Translations under genes and position numbers: made by a program
The notes under the pieces: model-generated
The model's database searches: none
The model's input: the letters and a program-made list of their open reading frames with translations, nothing else
What the model was told of the DNA's origin: nothing
Virus record (IMG/VR): IMGVR_UViG_3300027659_000015
Span: 32,001 to 96,000 of that record
DNA length: 64,000 bases
Source of the DNA: a virus
Strand: one strand, 5' to 3'
In this document: piece after piece, positions 49,221 through 58,438 of the stretch
How the letters are laid out: the number at the start of each line of letters is the position of its first letter
Numbering within the stretch: position 1 is the stretch's first letter

Positions 49221-50939
49221 ATGGCATTTCAAATCTCTCCAGGTGTAAATGTATCCGAAGTAGACTTAACAACAGTCGTACCTTCCGTACTTACAACTGC
49301 TGGTGCATTTGCTGGAAATTTTGCATGGGGTCCAGCAAATCAAATTAAATTAATCGATAGTGAAATCACTTTAGTAAAAACGTTTGGTAAACCAAATTCA
49401 AATACAGCAGTACCATTCTTTACTGCTGCAAGCTTTTTGGCATATGGTGACAATTTAAGTATTGTTCGTGCTGTTGGTTCTGGTGCATTAAATGCTGACG
49501 CAAACACAGCAAATGCAAACATTCAAATTACCAATGAAGAAGCTTATGAAGCATCGTATTTAAATGTTAATTCTTCAAATCTTTCTGGTCCTTTTGCAGC
49601 ACGTTATGCTGGATCTTTAGGAAATTCAATTAAAGTTGAAGTTTTTGATTCAGCAAATTCCACACTATTCAATGCTTGGTCGTATAAATCATATTTTACA
49701 TCTACACCAGGAACATCATCACAGGTGGCTGCTGCTGGCGGCACTAATGATGAGATTCACATTATAGTTACAGATGCTAATGGTTTATTTACTGGTACTC
49801 CAGGAACAGTATTAGAAACTTATCCATTTGTTTCTAAACTATCTACTAGTACATTGAATGGTGCAAGTACTTATTATAAACAGGTAATCTTTAACGATTC
49901 AAATTACATTTATTCAATGGATCCTGTTGATTATAGTAATACAAATAGTACATGGGGTTCATCTAATGCCGCAACATCATTCGCCAGAATTAGTTCAGCA
50001 ACATATGCAAATGGTTATTACTCTGTTACTTTGGCTGGTGGTGTAGATTCAGCACCGGCTGACGGAAACACGCAGTCTGCTTACAGTTTGTTCTCAAATA
50101 AAGAAACAGTTGATATTGCTTTGGTATTGACTGGTGATTCAAGCGTAACTGTTCAACAACATGTAATTGATAATTTAACTACAAGTCGTGCTGATTGTGT
50201 GGCATTTGTTTCACCACGTTATGTCGATGTTGTTAATAAGTCAGGAAACGAAACAACTAATATTCAAAGTTGGTTAACAAGTCTAGGTAGAAGTTCATCT
50301 TATGTTATGGCAGATTCTGGTTGGAAATATCAATACGACAAATACAACAATGTATATCGTTGGATTCCATTGAACGGTGACATTGCTGGTCTATGTGTAT
50401 ACACAGATACAATTAAAGATCCATGGTTCTCACCGGCTGGTTTCAACCGTGGTGCTATCAAGAACTGTATCAAGTTAGCATGGAACCCAACTAAGACATT
50501 CCGTGATGTATTGTATGCAGCAGGTGTCAATCCTGTTGTATCTTTCCCTGGTCAAGGTACCGTATTGTTTGGTGACAAAACATTACAATCTAAACCATCA
50601 GCGTTTGACCGAATCAATGTTCGCAGACTATTCATCACATTAGAGAAATCTATTGCTAAAGCTGCTCAATATTCATTGTTTGAATTGAACGATGAATTCA
50701 CACGTGCTCAGTTTAATAATTTGGTAACTCCATTCTTACGTGACATCCAAGGTCGCCGTGGTATTACAGACTTTAAAGTGATATGTGATTCAACCAATAA
50801 CACTCCACAAGTTATTGATTCTAACCAATTTGTTGGTGATATCTATATTAAGCCTGCTCGTTCTGTCAACTTTATTCAGTTGAACTTTGTGGCCGTTGGA
50901 ACTGGTGTTGACTTCAACACTACCGTTGGTGTGGCTTAA
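49221..50939 (+). CDS. gp18: Tail sheath protein gp18
   Basis: MAFQISPGVNVSEVDLT, WFSPAGFNRG, GDKTL..KPSAFDRINVRRLF, IKPARSVNFIQLNFVA. Confidence 0.97.
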   Translation: MAFQISPGVNVSEVDLTTVVPSVLTTAGAFAGNFAWGPANQIKLIDSEITLVKTFGKPNSNTAVPFFTAASFLAYGDNLSIVRAVGSGALNADANTANANIQITNEEAYEASYLNVNSSNLSGPFAARYAGSLGNSIKVEVFDSANSTLFNAWSYKSYFTSTPGTSSQVAAAGGTNDEIHIIVTDANGLFTGTPGTVLETYPFVSKLSTSTLNGASTYYKQVIFNDSNYIYSMDPVDYSNTNSTWGSSNAATSFARISSATYANGYYSVTLAGGVDSAPADGNTQSAYSLFSNKETVDIALVLTGDSSVTVQQHVIDNLTTSRADCVAFVSPRYVDVVNKSGNETTNIQSWLTSLGRSSSYVMADSGWKYQYDKYNNVYRWIPLNGDIAGLCVYTDTIKDPWFSPAGFNRGAIKNCIKLAWNPTKTFRDVLYAAGVNPVVSFPGQGTVLFGDKTLQSKPSAFDRINVRRLFITLEKSIAKAAQYSLFELNDEFTRAQFNNLVTPFLRDIQGRRGITDFKVICDSTNNTPQVIDSNQFVGDIYIKPARSVNFIQLNFVAVGTGVDFNTTVGVA

Positions 50940-50965
50940 TAAATAAACAATAACAGGAGAAAAGA

Positions 50966-51511
50966 ATGGCATTCAATGTAGCAGAATTTAGAGCGAATAT
51001 GATTGGAGACGGTGCACGTCCTAATCTATTTTCGGTCACTTTAACTTTTCCAACTATTGCTTCAAACAGTACTGCATCTGGTCAAAAATTAACATTTATG
51101 GCCAAGACAGCACAATTACCAGGTTCAACCATTGGAACTGTACCAGTATATTATTTCGGTCGTGAAATGAAATTTGCTGGTAACAGAACTTTTGCTGACT
51201 GGACATTAACAATTATCAATGATGAAGATTTCACAATTAGAAATAGTCTTGAATCATGGATGAATGCTATTAATAGTCACGCAGGTAATATTCGTAGCAG
51301 TGCTGCTAAAAACGCAGTCAACTACACAGTTGACGCAATAGTAACACAATACGGAAAAACAGGTAACGAACTTAAAAAATATAAATTTGTTGGAGTATTT
51401 CCAGTAGATTTGGCACCAATTGATTTAGATTGGGGTTCAAATGATACCATCGAAGAGTATGCAGCAACATTTGCATATCAATTCTGGGAATCAGAGAACA
51501 CAACAACTTGA
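50966..51511 (+). CDS. gp19: Tail tube protein gp19
   Basis: GARPNLF, AQLPGS, GREMKFAGNRTFADWTLTIINDEDF, IEEY..TFAYQFW. Confidence 0.96.
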   Translation: MAFNVAEFRANMIGDGARPNLFSVTLTFPTIASNSTASGQKLTFMAKTAQLPGSTIGTVPVYYFGREMKFAGNRTFADWTLTIINDEDFTIRNSLESWMNAINSHAGNIRSSAAKNAVNYTVDAIVTQYGKTGNELKKYKFVGVFPVDLAPIDLDWGSNDTIEEYAATFAYQFWESENTTT

Positions 51512-51517
51512 TTTTAC

Positions 51518-51550
51518 GGAGGGATTAATTTTCCTCCTTTATGTTTTTTT
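51518..51550 (+). terminator. Rho-independent terminator after gp19
   Basis: GGAGGGA-ttaatt-TTCCTCC stem (one G-U pair) followed by TTTATGTTTTTTT. Confidence 0.7.
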
Positions 51551-51573
51551 GACTTTATAATTAATTTAAAAAT

Positions 51574-53247
51574 ATGGCTAATACAAATAAATTTTCACTT
51601 TTTGGTTTTACAATATCCCGTGAAAAAGATGAGCTTGAGAAATCAGCTCAACAGTCGTTTTCGCCTCCAACTACGGATGATGGCGCATTAACTATTACAT
51701 CTGCTGCTTATTACGGTACATACGTTGACCTTGACGGTACAGCCAAGAATGAGGTAGAACTTATCTCTCGTTACCGTGAAATGGCAATGCAACCAGAAAT
51801 TGAATCTGCGATAGATGATATAATTAATGAAGCCATTGTACAAGATGATGATGGTACAATTACAAACATCATTTTAGATAATCTAAAACAACCAGATAAG
51901 ATTAAGAAAGCCATCAAAGATGAATTTCAAACCATCTTACGTCTGTTTAATTATAAAAACATGGCACAAGATGTTTTTCGTAGATATTATATCGATGGTA
52001 GATTGTTTTATCATGTAATTATTGATAGAGAAAAACCTACTGAAGGCATTAAAGAACTAAGATACATTGATCCACGTAAACTACGTAAGGTACGTGAGAT
52101 TAAGAAACAGAAAGACGAAAGAACCGGTGCAGATATTATGCAAACGGTTAATGAATATTACATCTACAACGATAAGGTTGTGGCTGGTTCATCATCGAAT
52201 TATGGTCCAGTTGGTGTTCGTATTACAACAGACTCAATCGTTTCGGTTGTTTCTGGATTAATGGATTCACGTAGAGCAGTCGTTCTGAGTTATCTACATA
52301 AAGCTATCAAACCTCTCAATCAACTTCGGATGATTGAAGATGCAACGGTGATTTACCGAATTTCGAGAGCTCCAGAACGCCGCATCTTTTATATTGACGT
52401 AGGTAATCTACCAAAATTAAAAGCAGAGCAGTATCTCCGTGATATTATGGTGAAATACAAGAACAAACTTGTATATGATTCTAACACAGGTGAGGTACGT
52501 GATGACCGCAAACACATGTCTATGTTGGAAGATTTTTGGTTACCTCGCCGTGAAGGTGGTAAAGGTACAGAAATTACCACATTGCCAGGTGGCCAGAACC
52601 TAGGTGAGTTAGAAGATGTTAAGTATTTTCAAAAGAAATTATATGGTGCATTGTCTGTACCAATTTCTAGATTAGAACCAAATCAAGGTTTCTCATTAGG
52701 TCGTACCTCTGAGATTACCCGTGACGAATTAAAGTTTTCTAAATTTGTTGACCGTTTACGTAACAAGTTTACAGAAGTGTTTGACCAAGCACTAAGAATA
52801 CAATGTGTTCTCAAAGGTATTTGTACAGCTCAAGAGTGGGATTTATTTAAAGAACACATCTATTATGATTTCATTAAAGATAATAACTTTGCTGAACTTA
52901 AAGAAGCAGAACTGATGAACCAACGATTAAGTTTGTTGGGTGCCGTTGATGCCTACACAGGTCGTTATTTTTCACAAGCATGGATTCAACGTCATGTTTT
53001 ACGTTTGACAGATGATGAAATTGAAGAAATGCAAAAAGAAATCGATACCGAGAAAGAAGAAGGATTAGGTTTACCAGTTGGTGTTATGAATGACGTTGCT
53101 CAACAGCAAATGATGAGTAATGTACCAGCACAAGCAACTCATCCAGAAGATTTGAAGGCACAAGCTGAATTACAATCGCAATCACAAAAACAGCAGGCCA
53201 AAAAAGAAGAAGTGAATACTTTCACAAAACTGAAACGTATATTATAA
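51574..53247 (+). CDS. gp20: Portal protein gp20
   Basis: YREMAMQPE, SYLHKAIKPLNQLRMIEDA.VIYRISRAPERRIFYIDVGNLPK.KAEQYL, EDFWLPRREGGKGTEITTLPGG. Confidence 0.97.
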   Translation: MANTNKFSLFGFTISREKDELEKSAQQSFSPPTTDDGALTITSAAYYGTYVDLDGTAKNEVELISRYREMAMQPEIESAIDDIINEAIVQDDDGTITNIILDNLKQPDKIKKAIKDEFQTILRLFNYKNMAQDVFRRYYIDGRLFYHVIIDREKPTEGIKELRYIDPRKLRKVREIKKQKDERTGADIMQTVNEYYIYNDKVVAGSSSNYGPVGVRITTDSIVSVVSGLMDSRRAVVLSYLHKAIKPLNQLRMIEDATVIYRISRAPERRIFYIDVGNLPKLKAEQYLRDIMVKYKNKLVYDSNTGEVRDDRKHMSMLEDFWLPRREGGKGTEITTLPGGQNLGELEDVKYFQKKLYGALSVPISRLEPNQGFSLGRTSEITRDELKFSKFVDRLRNKFTEVFDQALRIQCVLKGICTAQEWDLFKEHIYYDFIKDNNFAELKEAELMNQRLSLLGAVDAYTGRYFSQAWIQRHVLRLTDDEIEEMQKEIDTEKEEGLGLPVGVMNDVAQQQMMSNVPAQATHPEDLKAQAELQSQSQKQQAKKEEVNTFTKLKRIL

Positions 53248-53250
53248 ATA
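53243..53250 (+). promoter_or_regulatory. T4-type late promoter TATAAATA overlapping the gp20 stop codon
   Basis: Exact T4 gp55 consensus. Confidence 0.8.
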
Positions 53251-53269
53251 GTTTAATTGGGAGAACAAT

Positions 53270-53461
53270 ATGTCAGAAACAACAAGAGCAATTATAGATT
53301 ATGCAGAAGATGGTAACGCAACAGAGATGCGTGATGCTTTGTATTCTGCTATTCAAGATAGAGTTATGGCTCATATCGAAAACCATAAAGAACAGTTAGC
53401 AAAGAACCTTTTTTCACAGCCACCAGAAGTAGAAGCTGAAACAGAAGATTCATCCGTTTAA
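53270..53461 (+). CDS. Small acidic protein, putative prohead core component (gp67-like position)
   Basis: 63 aa, acidic C-terminus, TATAAATA promoter and GGAG SD, immediately after the portal gene. Confidence 0.55.
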   Translation: MSETTRAIIDYAEDGNATEMRDALYSAIQDRVMAHIENHKEQLAKNLFSQPPEVEAETEDSSV

Positions 53462-53473
53462 TAGGAAATAAAA

Positions 53474-53995
53474 ATGGCAAATTCATTCACATATCAAGTG
53501 ATAAAAGATACCACAGAACATACTGTTATTAAATTAACAGGATCTTTTGATGGTACCGGTCAAGAATCTAATGCAGTTCGTATTCAAGCAAATACACTAT
53601 ATGGCGCATTAGATAGTTCCAAAGCTAATTTGTTATCGTCTGCAGCAAACACAGGATCTCTTTCATATTATGGACTGGCATTAAATCGTTTGTGGTATGA
53701 TTGTCCTTCTGGTGGTGATGTACAACTATTTTGGAATGCATCAACACCATTAACATTGATTGCTATGAACGGCAACGGAGAATATGATGGTATGGGCAAT
53801 TGGACAACAATTCCAAATAATACAGCTGGTGCGGCAGGCAGTAAAGGTGACCTTGGTGTTGTGACCCGTGGCATGCTTGCAAACGACTCATATACCATGA
53901 TTATTGAACTACGTAAAGATAATGCTCAATATCAACGTGGTCAATTTAATGATCCTGCAGCGTTTAACTACGGATCTTACGGCGTAAGGCCATAA
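53474..53995 (+). CDS. Hypothetical head-associated protein
   Basis: 173 aa, AGGA SD, between portal and prohead protease; beta-rich composition; function not recognised. Confidence 0.7.
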   Translation: MANSFTYQVIKDTTEHTVIKLTGSFDGTGQESNAVRIQANTLYGALDSSKANLLSSAANTGSLSYYGLALNRLWYDCPSGGDVQLFWNASTPLTLIAMNGNGEYDGMGNWTTIPNNTAGAAGSKGDLGVVTRGMLANDSYTMIIELRKDNAQYQRGQFNDPAAFNYGSYGVRP

Positions 53996-54008
53996 AAGAA
54001 AGTCTATA

Positions 54009-54653
54009 ATGAAACTCATTAAAGAAATTACCGAATCGGTAAACTACTTAGTAGAAGAAAAAAATGGCAAGAAAGAACTCTATATTGAAGGTCCTTTTCT
54101 TGTTGCTGAGTCGGTTAACAAAAACAAACGCATGTACAAAGAAGAAACTATGCGTAATGAAGTTAATCGTTATACAGAAGAATACATTAATAAAAACCGT
54201 GCCTTTGGTGAATTGGGTCATCCAGACACCCCATCCATTAATCTTGACCGTGTATCTCACTTAATTGTGGGTTTACATCAAGAGGGAAATGCTTGGATAG
54301 GCAAAGCTAAAATCCTTGAAACCCCTATGGGTAACATTGCAAGAAGCCTTATTGAAAGTGGTGCACAATTAGGTGTGTCATCTAGAGGTATGGGTTCTCT
54401 TAAAATGGAAAACGGTATCAACGTTGTTCAAGGTGATTTTTGTCTAGCCACAGCGGCAGATATAGTAGCAGACCCTTCTGCGCCTGGTGCTTTTGTACAA
54501 GGTATCATGGAAGGTAAAGAGTGGATGATGGTAAACGGATCATGGACTGAAGTTCAATTGGAGGAAGCAAAACAAGAAATTCGTCAAGCTTCTAAAAAAC
54601 AGATTGAACAAGTCAGTTTAAAAATATTCGAAAATTTCATCAAAAAACTTTAA
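54009..54653 (+). CDS. gp21: Prohead protease gp21
   Basis: MKLIKE, RAFGELGHPD, NLDRVSH, LGVSSRGMGSL, ADIVADPSAPGAFV. Confidence 0.96.
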   Translation: MKLIKEITESVNYLVEEKNGKKELYIEGPFLVAESVNKNKRMYKEETMRNEVNRYTEEYINKNRAFGELGHPDTPSINLDRVSHLIVGLHQEGNAWIGKAKILETPMGNIARSLIESGAQLGVSSRGMGSLKMENGINVVQGDFCLATAADIVADPSAPGAFVQGIMEGKEWMMVNGSWTEVQLEEAKQEIRQASKKQIEQVSLKIFENFIKKL

Positions 54654-54654
54654 T

Positions 54655-54662
54655 TATAAATA
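54655..54662 (+). promoter_or_regulatory. T4-type late promoter TATAAATA for gp22
   Basis: Exact consensus 27 nt upstream of the ATG, followed by AAGGAG SD. Confidence 0.85.
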
Positions 54663-54689
54663 TCCATTATATACAAGGAGATTCTCAAA

Positions 54690-55961
54690 ATGGGAAATTT
54701 TAATCTAGCAGACGCCGCTAAAGCAATCTTAGTCGAAGGTGCAAAAGAATCTTTCGATTCTAACATTTCGTCTAAGCAAGGCGGTAAAGACAAACCATCT
54801 AAATTACCTACATCAGTTGCTTACGGTAACAAAGATGTTGGTAAAGTCGGTGATGCACCAGAAGAAATGGATGATACTAATCCAGATTACACAAAAGGCA
54901 CACCATCAGCAACACCTCCAGGTGCTACACCACCAGTTGGTTCACAACCTATGGCTAAACTAAAAGGTCAACCAGGAGAAGATTCAGCTGCCGGTACAAC
55001 ACCAGTACAAGAACCAGCCACAGATTATTCATCTATTCGTGACCGTGTGAAGGCTAAATTGGCCAAGCAAACTATGCAGCCTAATCCAGGTGCTACATTC
55101 CAATCTTACGGTGAAGAAACCGAAGAAGAAGGTGAAGTAGTTGCTGAAGAAAAAGAAGAAGGTCATGAGGACGCTAAGCAAGACAAAGCCATGATTAAGA
55201 AGATGATGAAGAAAGAAAAGATGAAAGAGCAAATGGAACAAGACGTTGATGCTCTATTGTCTGGTGAAAACCTTTCTGAAGAATTCAAAGACAAGGCTAC
55301 CACAATTTTCGAAGCTGCCGTTATTGCTCGTACACAAGCTGTAATGGAAGATATTGAACAGGCACTATTCGAAGAATTCGAAGTTGCCGTTGAAGAAATC
55401 AAAGAAGACTTGGCTACCAAGTTAGATGATTATATCAATTACATGGCCGAAGAATGGTTGAAAGAAAACCAATTGGCAGTTGAAAAAGGTCTACGTGCTG
55501 AAATCGTGGAATCTTTCATCAATGGTATGAAAGACCTATTCGAATCACATTACATCGACATTCCAGAAGAAAAAGTGGATGTTGTTGAAGGTCTAACAAG
55601 CAAAGTCGAAGAACTTGAATCTTCATTGAACGAACAGATTCAATCTGCCGTTGACTTGAAGAAAGAACTTAACGAACACAAAAAAACAGAGGCTATACAT
55701 GCAGTATGTGAAGGCCTAACGCAGACTCAAGTAGAGAAAATGAAATCACTCGCAGAGGGTGTTGAGTTTACTACTGACGAAGAATTCGCAGATAAACTGG
55801 TAACGTTGAGGGAATCTTATTTCAATCAACCAATCAATACATCTGGTAGTTCTGCATTGAACGAAGAAGTCGATATCGAAGAAGACAAAAAGCCTACAGG
55901 CCGTGTCGATGCAGAAATCGCACAGTATGCACAAACAATCTCTAAAACATTGGTTAAATAA
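54690..55961 (+). CDS. gp22: Prohead core scaffold gp22 with long low-complexity N-terminus
   Basis: LSEEFKDKATTIFEAAV, LDDYINY.AEEWL.EN..AVE.GLR.EI, LFESHYIDIPEEKVDVV, LRESYF. Confidence 0.92.
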   Translation: MGNFNLADAAKAILVEGAKESFDSNISSKQGGKDKPSKLPTSVAYGNKDVGKVGDAPEEMDDTNPDYTKGTPSATPPGATPPVGSQPMAKLKGQPGEDSAAGTTPVQEPATDYSSIRDRVKAKLAKQTMQPNPGATFQSYGEETEEEGEVVAEEKEEGHEDAKQDKAMIKKMMKKEKMKEQMEQDVDALLSGENLSEEFKDKATTIFEAAVIARTQAVMEDIEQALFEEFEVAVEEIKEDLATKLDDYINYMAEEWLKENQLAVEKGLRAEIVESFINGMKDLFESHYIDIPEEKVDVVEGLTSKVEELESSLNEQIQSAVDLKKELNEHKKTEAIHAVCEGLTQTQVEKMKSLAEGVEFTTDEEFADKLVTLRESYFNQPINTSGSSALNEEVDIEEDKKPTGRVDAEIAQYAQTISKTLVK

Positions 55962-56002
55962 ATAAAATTTACCAACACATAAAACTATAAGGATAACATA
56001 AA

Positions 56003-57343
56003 ATGTTTCTAACAGAAGAATTACAACAAAAGTGGTCACCAGTTCTGAATCATCCAGAACTCGAAGCCATTAAAGACCCATACAAGAAAGCAGTTACTGC
56101 TCTTGTTTTGGAAAACCAACAACAAGCTATGGCTCAAGACCGTCAGTCTTTGAACGAAACTACATCTGCTACACCAACTAACGTTGCCGGTGGTGTTTCG
56201 AACTATGACCCAATCTTGATTTCATTGGTTCGCCGTGCTTTGCCTAATCTAATTGCTTATGACGTTGCTGGCGTTCAGCCAATGACTGGTCCTACCGGTT
56301 TGATTTTTGCAATGCGTGCTCGTTACAACGCACAATCTGGTGGCCCATCTAACAGTAATGAAGCATTCTTCAATGAAGCAAATACCGAATTCTCTGGTAC
56401 TTCTTCTGTTGCTAATCCATACGGCTTCCGTGGTAACAATGCAACTGACGTTGTTACAAACGCTGGTGCTGACTTGACTGCTAACAGTTACACAACTGGT
56501 ATTCCTTTGCCAACAGCTACTGCTGAAGGTTTGGGTGCAGATTCTGGTGTTGCTTTCCAACAAATGGCATTCTCTATTGAGAAAGTTACTGTTACTGCTC
56601 AGTCACGTGCTTTGAAGGCCGAGTACTCACTTGAACTTGCTCAAGACTTGAAGGCAATCCATGGTTTGGATGCTGAAACAGAATTGTCAAACATTCTGTC
56701 TACAGAAATTTTGGCTGAAATCAACCGTGAAGTTATCCGTACCATTTATACTTGTGCCGTAGCCGGTGCTCAGTATGGTACTACTACTGCTGGTGCTTTC
56801 GACTTGGACACCGACTCTAACGGTCGTTGGTCTGTTGAGCGTTTTAAAGGTTTGATTTTCCAAATTGAACGTGATGCTAACGTAATTGCTAAGCAAACTC
56901 GTCGTGGTAAAGGTAACGTGATGATTGTATCATCTGACGTTGCTTCTGCTATGGCAATGGCTGGTGTGTTGTCTTACACTCCAAACCTGTCTGCTGACCT
57001 ACAAGTTGATGACACAGGCAATACATTTGCTGGTTTGTTACATGGTCGTATCAAGGTTTATATCGATCCTTATTTTGGTGGTTATACATCAAACCAAGAA
57101 TTGGTTACAATCGGTTATAAAGGTTCATCTCCTTATGACGCTGGTATCTTCTATTGCCCATACGTACCGTTGCAAATGGTTCGTGCAATTGACCAGGCTA
57201 CATTCCAACCAAAAATTGGTTTCAAGACTCGTTACGGCATGGTTGCAAACCCATTCGCTACAGGATTGACAAGTGGTAACGGCGCATTGAACGCACGTTC
57301 AAACGTTTACTATCGTATCTTTGCCGTCAAAAACTTGATGTAA
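56003..57343 (+). CDS. gp23: Major capsid protein gp23
   Basis: KWSPVL, DPILISLVRR..PNLIAYD..GVQPMTGPTGLIFAMR, SRALKAEYSLELAQDLKAIHGLDAE.EL, FQPKIGFKTRYG. Confidence 0.98.
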   Translation: MFLTEELQQKWSPVLNHPELEAIKDPYKKAVTALVLENQQQAMAQDRQSLNETTSATPTNVAGGVSNYDPILISLVRRALPNLIAYDVAGVQPMTGPTGLIFAMRARYNAQSGGPSNSNEAFFNEANTEFSGTSSVANPYGFRGNNATDVVTNAGADLTANSYTTGIPLPTATAEGLGADSGVAFQQMAFSIEKVTVTAQSRALKAEYSLELAQDLKAIHGLDAETELSNILSTEILAEINREVIRTIYTCAVAGAQYGTTTAGAFDLDTDSNGRWSVERFKGLIFQIERDANVIAKQTRRGKGNVMIVSSDVASAMAMAGVLSYTPNLSADLQVDDTGNTFAGLLHGRIKVYIDPYFGGYTSNQELVTIGYKGSSPYDAGIFYCPYVPLQMVRAIDQATFQPKIGFKTRYGMVANPFATGLTSGNGALNARSNVYYRIFAVKNLM

Positions 57344-57369
57344 AAAGAAGTCACCGTAGAGTGATATTT

Positions 57370-57400
57370 AAAAGACCACTTTCGAGTGGTCTTTTTTTTT
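57370..57400 (+). terminator. Rho-independent terminator after gp23
   Basis: AAAAGACCACT-TTCG-AGTGGTCTTTT perfect stem with UUCG loop followed by a U-tract. Confidence 0.92.
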
Positions 57401-57430
57401 GGCTCCTAAATAATAGATAAGGAGAAATGA

Positions 57431-57943
57431 ATGACTGTATTAAACAGAAGTCCACAAAATACCAATCCATTACAAGCTACAAAATTTTTACTAACGTTTG
57501 CACGTATTAAGGCTGTACAGTATTTTTGTCAAGAAGTTAATCTTCCTGGTGTATCATTAGGTGAAGTTAATCGAGCTACTCCATTTTTAGATATGTATTC
57601 TCCAGGTACTAAACTAACATATGAACCACTTGATGTAACATTTACTATTGATGAAGAATTACAATCATGGAAAAATATGTACGATTGGTTTTTAACTATT
57701 GCTAGTCCAGATGGTTTTGAAGGCCGTACTTATGTAAGAGAACTACAAAGAAGTGAACATTTATCTGATGCCACTTTGACAGTATTATCTGCATTGAATA
57801 ATCCAATATTAAGAATTGAATTTACCAATGTATTTCCATTATCATTGAGTGATATTCAATTCGATACCAAATCATCTGCAGATAATATTATTACAGCCAA
57901 GGCAACATTCAGATATCAATCATATAAACACTTGACAGTATAA
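57431..57943 (+). CDS. gp3: Tail tube terminator/completion protein gp3
   Basis: NPLQATKF, YFCQEVNLPGVSLG, PGTKLTYEPL...IDEEL, SDATL, FP.SLS.IQFD; follows gp23 as in aquatic T4-like phages. Confidence 0.88.
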   Translation: MTVLNRSPQNTNPLQATKFLLTFARIKAVQYFCQEVNLPGVSLGEVNRATPFLDMYSPGTKLTYEPLDVTFTIDEELQSWKNMYDWFLTIASPDGFEGRTYVRELQRSEHLSDATLTVLSALNNPILRIEFTNVFPLSLSDIQFDTKSSADNIITAKATFRYQSYKHLTV

Positions 57944-57960
57944 TACTTTTGTGATATAAT
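57932..57960 (+). promoter_or_regulatory. Consensus sigma70 promoter for uvsY-uvsW
   Basis: TTGACA (57932-37), 17 nt, TATAAT (57955-60), with extended -10 TGn; the -35 lies inside the last codons of gp3. Confidence 0.88.
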
Positions 57961-58003
57961 GTTTTTATTATGTAAGCTATTGACCTAATTGATTATTTTA
58001 AAT

Positions 58004-58438
58004 ATGGAAACACTTGAACAGATATTAAAGATGTGGGAATCCGATGTAATTATCGACCAAACGGAACCCTCCAAAGAATTATTAAAGATACCAAGGTATC
58101 ATAGTAAGTATTTGTCCGTCTTAACTAAACATAGAATTGCCTCAAAGAAGGCTCATTTTGATTATTTACGTATGCGTAAAGTCAAATGGGAATACTTTAC
58201 TGGTAAAATGTCGCAAGATGAATTGGAACAATATGGTTGGGAGCCATTTCAGTTTGCTCTCAAGTCTGACATAACAACATACCTAGAAGCAGATTCAGAC
58301 CTTATCAAGTTGCTTGAGAAGAAGGTCTATCACGAAGAGGTCGTATCGGTATTAGAATCTATTATGAACGAATTGAAACAAAGAACATGGCAACTACGTG
58401 ACTTTATATCATGGGAGAAATTCATTGGTGGCCAGTGA
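58004..58438 (+). CDS. uvsY: Recombination mediator UvsY
   Basis: ATG at 58004 preferred over TTG at 57989; ELLKIP..HSKYL, KWEYFTGK, YLEADSDL, RTWQLRDFISWEKF. Confidence 0.9.
   Translation: METLEQILKMWESDVIIDQTEPSKELLKIPRYHSKYLSVLTKHRIASKKAHFDYLRMRKVKWEYFTGKMSQDELEQYGWEPFQFALKSDITTYLEADSDLIKLLEKKVYHEEVVSVLESIMNELKQRTWQLRDFISWEKFIGGQ

Noticed and set aside
47460-57343. Inteins, introns or homing endonucleases in terminase, portal or capsid genes
   Set aside because: ORFs are continuous and of normal length, with no spare intergenic space
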